This document shows positions 30,712 through 40,600 of a stretch of DNA of 64,000 nt, piece by piece. Each line of letters opens with the position of its first letter. The first letter of the stretch is position 1. A program made the position numbers and the translations under genes. The notes under the pieces were generated by a model. That model worked only from the letters and a program-made list of their open reading frames with translations. It did not search any database and was not told the origin of the DNA. The DNA lies in NCBI GenBank assembly GCA_903860135.1, contig CAIOPG010000004.1:185687-249686 (forward strand). Direction: 5' to 3'. This DNA comes from Candidatus Omnitrophota bacterium (GTDB lineage: Bacteria > Omnitrophota > Gorgyraeia > Zapsychrales > Fredricksoniimonadaceae).

Positions 30712-31635
30712 TCAAACCTGCTTGATGCGATTAGAGAAAGCTTTGAGCGTGAACGAAACAGCCACAAGGCTGATCCCGAAAACAACGGCCTGCGCACAGG
30801 CATAACCAAACTGGTTGGTCCCCCACATAGAACTAAAGATGCGGATCACCGGAACATCCGTATGATACACAAGCCCCTGGTTAACCAGCGAGAATATCAG
30901 AACAAAGACCTGCATCGATCCGAGGATCGTAAGCATGACAACCACCATGATCACCGGTACCATCATAGGAACCGTCACATGCCAGAAAAGGCGCCAGCTC
31001 CCGGCACCGTCGATCCGCGCCGCCTCATAAAGCTGGCGGTCAATGGTCTGCAGACCAGCCAGAAGCATGATAAACCCCCAACCAAACCCTTTCCAGGAAT
31101 GAACCACCGCAATACAAGTGAGCGACGTCTTAGGATCCGAAAGCCAGTCGTGTACCAATTGGGGGAAGCCGATGTGCGTCAGGAAATTATTAACAAGCCC
31201 TACCTGATGACCCTGATGCGTTCCCGAATTGAGCATCCAGTTCCAAAGAAAACCGACCACAACCTCGGAAAGAACCGGCGGTATAAAAAATACCAAACGA
31301 TAGAACCGCTTCATCCGGATCTCGCGGTCACACGCCAGAGCCAGAGCAAAAGCAAGGGCATTCTGAAACGTGAGCGCGATCAGCGTGACATAGCCCGCCT
31401 GCCCCATCGATAGCCACCAAACCTTGTCGGTGGCAAGCTCCTGAAAATTACGCATACCGACGAAGGTCTTTGGCCCTATGCCCGACCATTGATAAAGCGA
31501 CAGATTGAAAAGCTCAAAGAAAGGGTAGACATAAAAAATAATAAAGATCGTGACCGCCGGCACGATAAAAAGAAAATTCGTGAAAGCATCCAGAGATTTT
31601 GTGTTTGAATACCGACCGTTGGTTTTAACAAACAT
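30712..31635 (-). CDS. Carbohydrate ABC transporter permease (MalF-like)
   Basis: Polytopic. EAA-loop AARIDGAGSWRLFWHVTVPMM. Directly downstream of the SBP gene. Confidence 0.8.
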   Translation of the reverse strand: MFVKTNGRYSNTKSLDAFTNFLFIVPAVTIFIIFYVYPFFELFNLSLYQWSGIGPKTFVGMRNFQELATDKVWWLSMGQAGYVTLIALTFQNALAFALALACDREIRMKRFYRLVFFIPPVLSEVVVGFLWNWMLNSGTHQGHQVGLVNNFLTHIGFPQLVHDWLSDPKTSLTCIAVVHSWKGFGWGFIMLLAGLQTIDRQLYEAARIDGAGSWRLFWHVTVPMMVPVIMVVVMLTILGSMQVFVLIFSLVNQGLVYHTDVPVIRIFSSMWGTNQFGYACAQAVVFGISLVAVSFTLKAFSNRIKQV

Positions 31636-31647
31636 AGTTACCCTGGC

Positions 31648-32943
31648 TTATGGCTGTGAAGCCTTTTCTATCTGACGATCCTTGACAAGCTGCACATCCC
31701 GCGCCACCGCTTGTGGCGTCTTTTCACCAATGATGATCGCTTGGATCCCCTTGAGGAAAGCCTCACTGACCAGTGGATCCTCGTTCACAGGCCAGACCTT
31801 CGGATGGGTGCTTGTTTCCATGACCCTGGAAAAAGCCGCAAGATTCTCGGGAACACCGGCCATTGCCTCACGATTGACCGGAAGGCTGTAAAGGTGCGTG
31901 AAAAGAAATACCTGCTGTTCCCTCGCTGTCAACCATTTAAGGAACGCGATGGCCTTGTCCTTATCAGGCGAAAGGTTATTAACCACCAGCGACGTCTCGG
32001 CACCTCCCCAAGACACCATGGGCAAGGCTGGATTAAACACCGGAAGGGGAACAACGCCGTAATCGAGGTCCGGCCTCATCTGCCTGTAAACATGCACTGA
32101 CCATGCCCCGTTGAACGTAAAGGCCGCACGTTCAAAAACAGCAAAGTCCTGCTCGGCCAGCTTGTTGCCTTTGGTCACGATTCCGTTCATAAAAGCCCCG
32201 CGGTCATGCAATGTCTTGAAAATAGTAAAAACCCTGAGCCAATCCGGATCCGTATAAGAAACCTTGCCTCGGAACGTATCAAAAACCTTCTGTTCACCCA
32301 TAATATTGAACGCATAATTCGAAGCAAAACAGTCAATGAGCCACAACTCGCCAAAACCCGATACAAAAGGCGTAATGCCGGCACGCCGGAGCACATCAAT
32401 ATCCGCCAGCCACTCTTCAAACGTCGCCGGAGGACGGGTAATGCCAGCTTGCCGGAGCAGTGTTTTGTTATAAAGCAACTGCTGACTGCCGACGTCGATC
32501 GGCACCCCGTAAATACCCGGTTTTACCCCGTCAACATTCCCTTCCACAAAACGGTTCACGTCAACGGCCTTGGTAAAAAGACTTTTTTCCCAGGCATTAT
32601 TGTCCATCTGAAAAGCATCGGTCAGATCAGCCACAAACCCGGCCTTGATGAAAGCCGCGACAATGGCTTTCTTGTCAAGGATGCTGTAAACATCCGGCAA
32701 AATATTGGCTTGGGCAGCCGCAATGATCTTTTGGGTGTACGCATCAGAAGGGGCAAAAAGAGCCAACTTGACCTTAATGCCTGTCTGCGCTTCATATTTT
32801 CGGGCGAGCACCTCGAACGCATCCTGGCGATCGGTCATCCAATGCCACACCTCAATGGTGTTGGCCTCCTTCCCAGACTGACCGCAACCGCAGGCTGTTG
32901 CAGCCAGCATCAAGCCACATAGCAGGGCAAGAAATAGCTTCAT
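31648..32943 (-). CDS. ABC transporter extracellular solute-binding lipoprotein (family 1, sugar-type)
   Basis: Lipobox LMLAATACGCG. 431 aa. Aromatic-rich SBP-like sequence. ATGA overlap with the upstream GH94-like gene. Confidence 0.8.
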   Translation of the reverse strand: MKLFLALLCGLMLAATACGCGQSGKEANTIEVWHWMTDRQDAFEVLARKYEAQTGIKVKLALFAPSDAYTQKIIAAAQANILPDVYSILDKKAIVAAFIKAGFVADLTDAFQMDNNAWEKSLFTKAVDVNRFVEGNVDGVKPGIYGVPIDVGSQQLLYNKTLLRQAGITRPPATFEEWLADIDVLRRAGITPFVSGFGELWLIDCFASNYAFNIMGEQKVFDTFRGKVSYTDPDWLRVFTIFKTLHDRGAFMNGIVTKGNKLAEQDFAVFERAAFTFNGAWSVHVYRQMRPDLDYGVVPLPVFNPALPMVSWGGAETSLVVNNLSPDKDKAIAFLKWLTAREQQVFLFTHLYSLPVNREAMAGVPENLAAFSRVMETSTHPKVWPVNEDPLVSEAFLKGIQAIIIGEKTPQAVARDVQLVKDRQIEKASQP

Positions 32944-35654
32944 TTAGCTTTCACCTTGGCGCCCAAGAGAACCCTGAGTTCAATGTCCTGACCCAGCGCT
33001 TCCATGGTCGATCGGGGGATACAGCCATTGAAAGGGAAGGCTTTCCCGTTTATCTCAACCGCACACACCTGATACGCTCCGGCATCAAAACCCTGCGGGT
33101 TCTGATAAACAACGGTCAACCGGCGTCGCGCAAACTGGCAGCGGACACGCGCTTCACCACGGGCGTCGAATTCCTGCCGCACCAGCTGAGGCGCGACAAC
33201 AAGGTCGCCGGCGGCACCGCGCACCCCGTACACCTGTGTCAACATGGTCAACACATACCAGCTCGCCGAGCCAGTCAGAAAATGATACATCCCGCGCCCG
33301 GTGGCATCAAAATATTCCGGGATACCCGGATAAATGTGCGCCTGCGGGAAATCCATGCTCATCCGGTACAACGACCGCAGGACATCATGCCCCTCAGCCG
33401 CCATGCCCTGAGTGTAAAGCGCGTAGGCGTACATCACGCACATATGACTGAACACCGCACCATTCTCCTTGGTGCCGTACGCAAAAGCGAACGCTCTCCC
33501 CAGCGACAGGTAATGCCGGACACCAAAATCCGTATTCAGACGATAACCACCCCAAAGCGGGTCTTTCAAGAATTTACCAACAGCCTTCACGACGGACCGC
33601 GCCTCTGCCGGAGATGCCACGCCGTGCATGAGAGGAAATACCTGGCCTGTCAGGGTCATCCGGACAACGCCATTCTTCTCCCCTTCAACACGCGCACCCT
33701 GATCATCGTAATATCCGTTAAACCAGGTAAAAACTTCCCCGTCCCTATCGACGGAAACTTTCTCCTGGCGGCGAATATGCGCCAGCACCCAGTCCCCTTT
33801 GGCACGCAGGTCTTGGGCAAGCCGGGCCGCATCGAGCACCGCAGTCCTGCCGGAGATCACGGGCTGAACGGCCTTGAAATACCCCTCCATCAGCCGCGCG
33901 CGTTTCGCCGGAGCATCATCATAATCCACCGGCGTTCCCAACGTATCCAGCAAAAGAAGCAGTTCTTCCGCCACAGTGACGGTCTTGAACCCCTCGCCTG
34001 CTGCCAGTCGTTCCAGAAGCTTGGCCAGCGAAAGAAGATTCCCACCATAGAAAGCCATGAACGTAACGCTTTCACCGCGCCGGAACGCCATATCAAGGCC
34101 GTCATTCCAGTCCGCGCTTTCAAGGCGCGTGATATTGTGTTCACCGACATTGTAAAACTGAACAAGGTTCTGGACCAGCAGATGCTCGAGCACGGTTCCC
34201 GTGAAACTTCTGCCAAGGGTATCTTTGGCCTGATTGCCACAAGCCGGTGTCCATGCCGTGTCTTTTTCCAGGGCGCGCGCCATTTGCGGGTCGCGGAAAT
34301 ATGGCACCGGCTCCAGCAAGAACGCGTCGTCCCCGGTCTGGTCCACATAAAGCAGGGTCGTCAGCAGTGGCCACACGCCATGGTCCATCCACACGCGCGT
34401 GATCGCGTTACGGTCAGCGATAAACTCGCCGGGCTGTTGTCCGATGATAGTAGCATTGGAGCCGTCAAGCCGAATGCCGGCAAAATTATTCAGGAGGTCC
34501 TGGCGCACCTGCGCCGGTTCGATGAGAATAAGGGAAAGGAGGTCCTGCCAGATATCGCGCCAGCCCTTGCCACCTTTGCCGTAATCATGGTCGGGCAGAA
34601 AAGAACAACCAAAAATGCGACGCAATACCGGCTGAAGGGTCACCCAGCGCATCCAGGCGCTAAAATCAGGATCGCCGTTATCAAACGTGATAACAGCCGT
34701 CTTCTTTGCCCAGAATGCGGTGCAGGCGTCGAGCGCCGCGTCAAACTTCAGCGTCGTATTAAAACCAGTCACTGCCCCGATCGCCGCCGCACGGCTACTG
34801 GCCATCCCAGCGGCCATGATGAAATCCCTGCTTTCTCCCGGCGTCAACGTGACGTCGGCAAAACGCAACGCGCCCACCGCTTCCCGGCCATGCCGCTCAA
34901 CATCCGGCAGGAGGCTTGGCTGCGCCGGCGCAAAAACAGCCTCAGGCCGGCTAAAATCATTTGCTTGCCCATAAAAACTTTCATACGTCGGAAATGTCCC
35001 TGCCGGCAGTCGCCCGTCCCCCTCAGCCCCGAATACAAAATAAACATCGGCGCAGGGCTTATGACCTTCCTCATTAAAACACATGGTTGGTTCAACCACA
35101 ACCCCCTCAGGCAGTTGTGCTGTACGGTTCAACAGTGCCGTGACATGCTCGTGATCATGTTTATTGGAAAGTGCGCGGGCAAAGACAGGCACCACAGCCG
35201 TGGGCGTAACCACAACAGGACTACCTGAAACATTGCGCACGCGGAAACGGGTCAGTTCCAACTTCTCACCGGAAACAGGAACAAAACTGACGGCGCACAC
35301 CTCAACACCGGCGGCAGGAAAACAACGCGTCACCCTCTGCCACAGTTGACCGATCTCAACAACCAAGGCTCTCTCCCCGGCTGTTTCGGCCATGGCACCA
35401 ACAACACCGGCGGCTGTCCGGAAAAAGAAATTGCGCACCGGCGTCCGCAGATCCTCGCGTGAGGCGGGTTTTGTCACGTAATGTTGCCGGTCAACTTTAA
35501 TGTCACCGGAAAGATAGGGCGTGATCGCGGACTTGATGGCGGTCCCATCGATCCCACACAACGGCGCATATAAAAAACGGTCTTGGACAAAACAGTGCGG
35601 GGCACGAAAAGAAATGCCGTCAGCAAGAAAAACACAGCGGTTTTCGGCAGGCAT
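32940..35654 (-). CDS. (alpha/alpha)6-barrel glycoside phosphorylase/hydrolase, GH94-like
   Basis: ATG at 35654 (AGGAGA RBS). Roughly 900 aa. A DWNDGLD block resembles the catalytic Asp region of GH94-type phosphorylases. Family assignment is from memory of the motif and is tentative. Confidence 0.5.
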   Translation of the reverse strand: MPAENRCVFLADGISFRAPHCFVQDRFLYAPLCGIDGTAIKSAITPYLSGDIKVDRQHYVTKPASREDLRTPVRNFFFRTAAGVVGAMAETAGERALVVEIGQLWQRVTRCFPAAGVEVCAVSFVPVSGEKLELTRFRVRNVSGSPVVVTPTAVVPVFARALSNKHDHEHVTALLNRTAQLPEGVVVEPTMCFNEEGHKPCADVYFVFGAEGDGRLPAGTFPTYESFYGQANDFSRPEAVFAPAQPSLLPDVERHGREAVGALRFADVTLTPGESRDFIMAAGMASSRAAAIGAVTGFNTTLKFDAALDACTAFWAKKTAVITFDNGDPDFSAWMRWVTLQPVLRRIFGCSFLPDHDYGKGGKGWRDIWQDLLSLILIEPAQVRQDLLNNFAGIRLDGSNATIIGQQPGEFIADRNAITRVWMDHGVWPLLTTLLYVDQTGDDAFLLEPVPYFRDPQMARALEKDTAWTPACGNQAKDTLGRSFTGTVLEHLLVQNLVQFYNVGEHNITRLESADWNDGLDMAFRRGESVTFMAFYGGNLLSLAKLLERLAAGEGFKTVTVAEELLLLLDTLGTPVDYDDAPAKRARLMEGYFKAVQPVISGRTAVLDAARLAQDLRAKGDWVLAHIRRQEKVSVDRDGEVFTWFNGYYDDQGARVEGEKNGVVRMTLTGQVFPLMHGVASPAEARSVVKAVGKFLKDPLWGGYRLNTDFGVRHYLSLGRAFAFAYGTKENGAVFSHMCVMYAYALYTQGMAAEGHDVLRSLYRMSMDFPQAHIYPGIPEYFDATGRGMYHFLTGSASWYVLTMLTQVYGVRGAAGDLVVAPQLVRQEFDARGEARVRCQFARRRLTVVYQNPQGFDAGAYQVCAVEINGKAFPFNGCIPRSTMEALGQDIELRVLLGAKVKAK

Positions 35655-35740
35655 GAAAGAAATCTCCTGATTCAATTAAGGAATGGAACCGACGAATAAT
35701 TTTAACTTGGATTAAAATAAATAACAAGCGGAAAAAGGTG

Positions 35741-36115
35741 TTATGCGGCTATCCCCGCAACTTCGGAAGCGATCTTGACCAAGCGGTTCAACTGGAAAAG
35801 CTTGACCTGATGAAATTCCATCCCGACATCCCACAGCGAAACCGCCTGAGGCTTGGACCAACACACACGCCCGTTAAGGGCAAGGGGGTCTTTTCCATCA
35901 GGAAGTTCCACTTCAAGGGAAAGCCTGTCATCAATGAAAAACCGCTCCTTGGTGTGCAGGCGCACACCCGAAGCAGAAAAATCCCTCAAAAAAACATCAC
36001 CGCCATAATCTACAGATGAATCCTTGAACCGAACGGGAAATTTCGCTGAAAAACGCTCAAACATACGACGATTTTGCTTGCCTGACTGTTCCTGATCTTC
36101 AGATACGACATCCAT
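35741..36115 (-). CDS. PilZ domain protein (c-di-GMP binding), single-domain
   Basis: RRMFERF ... DFSASGVRL (RxxxR and D.SxxG motifs). ATG at 36115 with GAGGGGG RBS. The track ORF is over-extended to 36244. Confidence 0.7.
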   Translation of the reverse strand: MDVVSEDQEQSGKQNRRMFERFSAKFPVRFKDSSVDYGGDVFLRDFSASGVRLHTKERFFIDDRLSLEVELPDGKDPLALNGRVCWSKPQAVSLWDVGMEFHQVKLFQLNRLVKIASEVAGIAA

Positions 36116-36155
36116 GAAGCCCCCTCGTATTAACTGGACGCAATGCCCAGCACCC

Positions 36156-36509
36156 TCAAGCCGACATTTCGCGGTGCAGGAACGGCGCATCGAGCGCGCT
36201 ATCAATGTCTTTCTGGGTTCCATCAACCACATCCGCAAATACAAGCCCCACGCGGTAACGCTCGGATCCCGGAATTTTGTTCACCCATTTAACCTGACCA
36301 ATGACCAGGACGGGCTCCGCTCCGGCCTTGAGAACCAACTCAAGGGCTATTTTCTCGTTCACTGGAACATTATGCCTAGAAATAAAGCCCAAGCCATGAC
36401 GGCTGATATCAACGGTTTTAGCGGATGTGAACGGTGCCCCTTCTTTGCCATCAACAGGGACCGCGCAAGCCCAACGACTGAATTTTCTTTTATTATTGTC
36501 ATTTTGCAT
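36156..36509 (-). CDS. PilZ domain protein (c-di-GMP binding), single-domain
   Basis: RKFSRW ... DISRHGLGF (RxxxR and D.SxxG motifs). 117 aa. Confidence 0.7.
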   Translation of the reverse strand: MQNDNNKRKFSRWACAVPVDGKEGAPFTSAKTVDISRHGLGFISRHNVPVNEKIALELVLKAGAEPVLVIGQVKWVNKIPGSERYRVGLVFADVVDGTQKDIDSALDAPFLHREMSA

Positions 36510-36747
36510 AATTTTTATTCTAATACGCGGATTGACATTTACAAGTTATTTTCTTACTAAAAAGATGTCCAAAAACCCAAAACATCAACCAACCATTATA
36601 GTTACACATTACCGCAGGATCATGTGTGTCAATACAAGTATGCCATTAAAATGTTTTTACGCAACCCCAAAAACCAAAAGAATGAAAATTTTTCTTTTTT
36701 AAAGCTTTATGGGATTATAATCATAACATGAAAAGAGGCAGGCAAAT

Positions 36748-36936
36748 ATGACCCAAAAGAAAAAAGAAAAGATCTCCTACCAGGAATATGAACGACTGAA
36801 GGACAAGGAATTAAAACAGAAATTCAAGATACACTTTTACCCTTGGCCTGTTCTGGTGGCAATGCTGATACCGCTGGCTCTGCTGATCTACATGATGGTT
36901 TACTATTTTAGTGGCGTCTGGCGCCTGCCGGAATAA
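36748..36936 (+). CDS. Small single-TM membrane protein, hypothetical
   Basis: AAGAGG RBS 8 nt upstream. K/E-rich N-terminus then PWPVLVAMLIPLALLIYMMVYYF. Ends 2 nt before the cvpA start. Confidence 0.4.
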   Translation: MTQKKKEKISYQEYERLKDKELKQKFKIHFYPWPVLVAMLIPLALLIYMMVYYFSGVWRLPE

Positions 36937-36938
36937 CC

Positions 36939-37679
36939 ATGCTTTTGACGGATATTATTTTTCTTATCTTCCTTGGTGCCTGCGCCGGTCTTGGCGCCTG
37001 GCGCGGTTTTCTGCGCGCCCTGATCGGTCCCGCGGCTTTCTTAATAGCCTGCGCGCTCAGCGGTGCCTATTCCGCCCTGACACATAAAATCTTTGAAAGC
37101 CTCCTGGTCCTGCTCTTGGGGCCGCCGATCATTGGCTGGGGTCTGAAAGCCTTAGTGCGCCGAAAGGATCAGGATCAACCGCTGCCGCCGCTCGCCTGCG
37201 TCAATCGTGTTTTCGGTGCCATCATCGGCCTGACCTGGGGCGGCGTCATGGGGCTTGTGCTCATCGCCATCGTCGTGATCCTGCCGCTGGACAGCTTCGG
37301 CCTCGGCGACATCACCCGGGATGTCCACGCTTCCGCCACCCTCGCCCTGTTCAGGCACCCGCTCGAAGCCTGGCGGCTGATCCCGCCAAAAGAAATAAAC
37401 GCATGCCTCGACGGCCTGTGCGGTATGCCGAAAAAAACCCAGACCTCACTCGCCCAAGACCAGGATATCCAGGAGCTGGCCCAGGATCCCCGCCTGCAAA
37501 AACTCCTGCTTGATCCGGTTGTACAAAAAGCCATCACAGATAAAGACTTCCCCGCCCTCCTGTCCAACCCGCAGATCCTCGACATCGTCCGCGACCCCGC
37601 GCTCGTGGCCAAAATGCTGAAAGTGTTCCCCAAGATCAGGGCCGCCCAGCAGGCAGCATCAACCTCATCATCCCTGTAA
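36939..37679 (+). CDS. cvpA: CvpA family membrane protein
   Basis: N-terminal TM helices LLTDIIFLIFLGACAGLGAWRGFLRALIG... typical of CvpA (colicin V production). 246 aa. Converges on and overlaps the giant ORF 3' end. Confidence 0.7.
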   Translation: MLLTDIIFLIFLGACAGLGAWRGFLRALIGPAAFLIACALSGAYSALTHKIFESLLVLLLGPPIIGWGLKALVRRKDQDQPLPPLACVNRVFGAIIGLTWGGVMGLVLIAIVVILPLDSFGLGDITRDVHASATLALFRHPLEAWRLIPPKEINACLDGLCGMPKKTQTSLAQDQDIQELAQDPRLQKLLLDPVVQKAITDKDFPALLSNPQILDIVRDPALVAKMLKVFPKIRAAQQAASTSSSL

Positions 37680-40600
37680 AAGGCGTATACTGTGAATCCT
37701 CAATCAACGCATGCGTAAAATCAGCACCCTCCAGCTGAGCTCCTGTAAAATCACAACGGGATAGCTGTGCGCTGGAAAAATCAGCACCTCTCAAATCTGC
37801 ACCGCTGAAATTAACATTTTCAAAAATACCATGACTGAAATTGCCCTTAAAAGCATTGATGCCGCTGAAGTCAGAATCCACAACATTAGCTTGTGGCATG
37901 AAAATACGCGAAAAGTCTGCCCCTATGGCACTCACCCTGTTCATGCGGATAAATCGCAATGATGCCTCCTTGAAATTCGCTCGCTGCAAACTTACATCAA
38001 CAAGCCGTGCATCCATCAAGTTTGTTCTATAGAATTTTGCACCACTTAAATCAACATCATTCAATACAGGCAGATCACAGCTGATAATACTGTAATCCAT
38101 GCCTTTTAAAAGACTGATAAGCTTATTGCCAACAAGAGCACGTTCATTGATACGCAACAAAGGTTTGTTATCCTTCGGCATATTGACAATGTTCTCAAGC
38201 CTTTCTTTCACAGAAGAATTATTTAAAAAAGAGATGCCCACTTCGTTTTTGATAACAGAAAGTAATTGCCCCCCCCTAAAAGGACGGTACAAATACATAT
38301 CTATTTTACCTGCTTTCGGAGATCCATACCGAACAATCAGGCCTTCCAGGCGCCTTTTCCCTTGGATAACATCATATAAGATAGGAGCATCAAGGATCAC
38401 AGCTGTTCTTCGACCGGATAAACGCTCGACAGATTTCTTTAATACACAAACATCCCTTGAAAAATCACTCCCGTAAGTTGCAAGAGGGATAGCCTCCTCA
38501 GCATGAGAAGCTAAATAAAAATTAATCCTGTCAAACGGCATCCGAACCAATTCCCAATCATGCTTGTCCCAGGCCTGCCGAAAGTACGATTCAGCAAAAG
38601 GGCAAACCGGCTCAGTGATCCCCCAGCGCGTTTCAACCATGGGGACATCATCCTTCAACTCCTTGTTCTTCTCGTGCACCGCGGCGGCTTCCTGATGCGC
38701 GCGCCGGAGCGTTGTGGCCGCGTTGACTGCCGCTATCCCAACAGCGACGAGCGCCAGACTGCTGGCAAGGATAACAGCGGCGGGCACACCTGTCATGCCC
38801 GGGAGCATCAGGAAAAAAAGCGGCAGGGCGTGGCAAGCCAGAGGCTGCGGCCGCGGGGGGCGGGCGGCCATCTTGATCAGCTTGATATGCGCCGGTGCAC
38901 CCCAGTGTGTAACACTCACGCCACCGGCACTCAACCAGCGCAAGGGCTGTGCAGGATCCGCTGCCTGTTTCTGGGCAAGCAAAGGAAGAATATGATCTCG
39001 CAACAACCGATAAAAACCGTCGGCTTCAAACAAGCCCGGGATGTTCGTCTCTGCCGGAGCTGACTCCTGATACGCCACGGTCTTCAAGAACAAGCGCCCC
39101 AGCAATCCCGGCATCCGGCCACCCCCTGCACGCACCCGGGCCAACCAAGCCCGCACCTGCCCCAGCATGGCCTTGACAGCCGCCGCGCCACCAGGCATAT
39201 CAAACCAAGAAAACGGGATATCTTCGAGCGTGAACAGCAGGGGGGCCAGGCGGGGACGAATCAAGCGTTGCCGGGACGACAAGGTGTTCTTTGTCATCCA
39301 CACCTCCTGATCTTCCGGCCCCACACGTACTGCCTGAACCCAAATAACGCCCAGCGCGATCAACACAACCCCGACGGCCAACCAAGGCCATGCGCTGACA
39401 CCGATCGTAGCCACCAAAGAACCCAAGGAACCAGAGGATATTAAAAAAAGAAGCGGCCAGGCATGAACGGGTAGTTGCCGTGTCGCTGTCATTGATGAAG
39501 AAACATCTCTTTTTAACCCATAAGCCATGGGATTCCGCATAACATTCAGCCTCAAGGGCAAAGGCAAAGCAGATGCTAAGGCTACAACTTTTCTCGAATC
39601 GACGGATGTGCGCAAACCAGCGACCCAATTTTTGAATTCACCCCATCCATGAATGTTCGGAAAATAAAGCCCCGTCCCAACACAGCCTGACCATTTATAA
39701 TCATGTTTGCCGTACGGCACCATAAGTACAATATCCCCTTTTTGTGTATCTGCCAGCATGCTGCGATAAAAAGGCTGTTCACCGCGCATCTTGGCATTAT
39801 CACCCGGCCCTTTGTCAATCATGATCACACTGCTTGAAATACCTCGCCTCGTATGCCGCCATTGCTGCGACCAGGAATAATAATCTTCACTTGTCAATTC
39901 AACAGAAAACGTGCGTTGCGCATCAATGCTTCTGAGTTTGGTTAAACACTGCTGACGAAGATCTTCCATATTTTGCACAAATTCATACCCTGTTGAAATA
40001 AAATGGAATGTCGTTAAATTCGGGAAGTGTTGCGCCAACAAAACAGCATTAAGCGGATCACTATTCCCGGCGGCAGGATAAATCAGTGTTGTAAATGCGT
40101 GCAGATCAACGCCACGCGCCCTTAATAAATCCATACAATTCAACGCAACCTTATGCGCTGCACCAGAGACACGCTCGAACAATCCCTTGGCAAGCTGTTC
40201 CCCCAATTTAATATTATGTTCACGCGCCCGCTGAATTTCTTCCTCAGCCGTGACTGGCTTGGCTGATTTTCCAATAACAACCCCGGCGATCAACAGGGCG
40301 ACCCCACCTGCTACCAACGCAGCCGCAGAGATGGACGCTGTGGCACCAACTGCCGCCGCCGGCACAGCCGCCATGACCGGAACTGCCGTCAATAATATGC
40401 CGAGGATCAAAAGCACGGAAGATTTCGCCGCAAACTTCTTCAATCCCAACGCACCGACCAACAGGCTCAGTCCGGCAATCAAGCCACCCACCAACAGCCC
40501 ATCCTGGTTAACCATCGGGCTGACCCCAAAAGACCGCGCCTGAATCGCAGTCGCAGTCGCATCCGCCGGAGTTCCAAATTTGCCCTGGCCAGGGTTATCA

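Noticed and set aside
32898-35228. 776-aa plus-strand ORF antisense to the GH94-like gene
   Set aside because: Arg/His-rich, low-complexity translation typical of antisense frames in GC-rich coding DNA. The minus-strand frame has protein-like composition, an RBS and an operon context.
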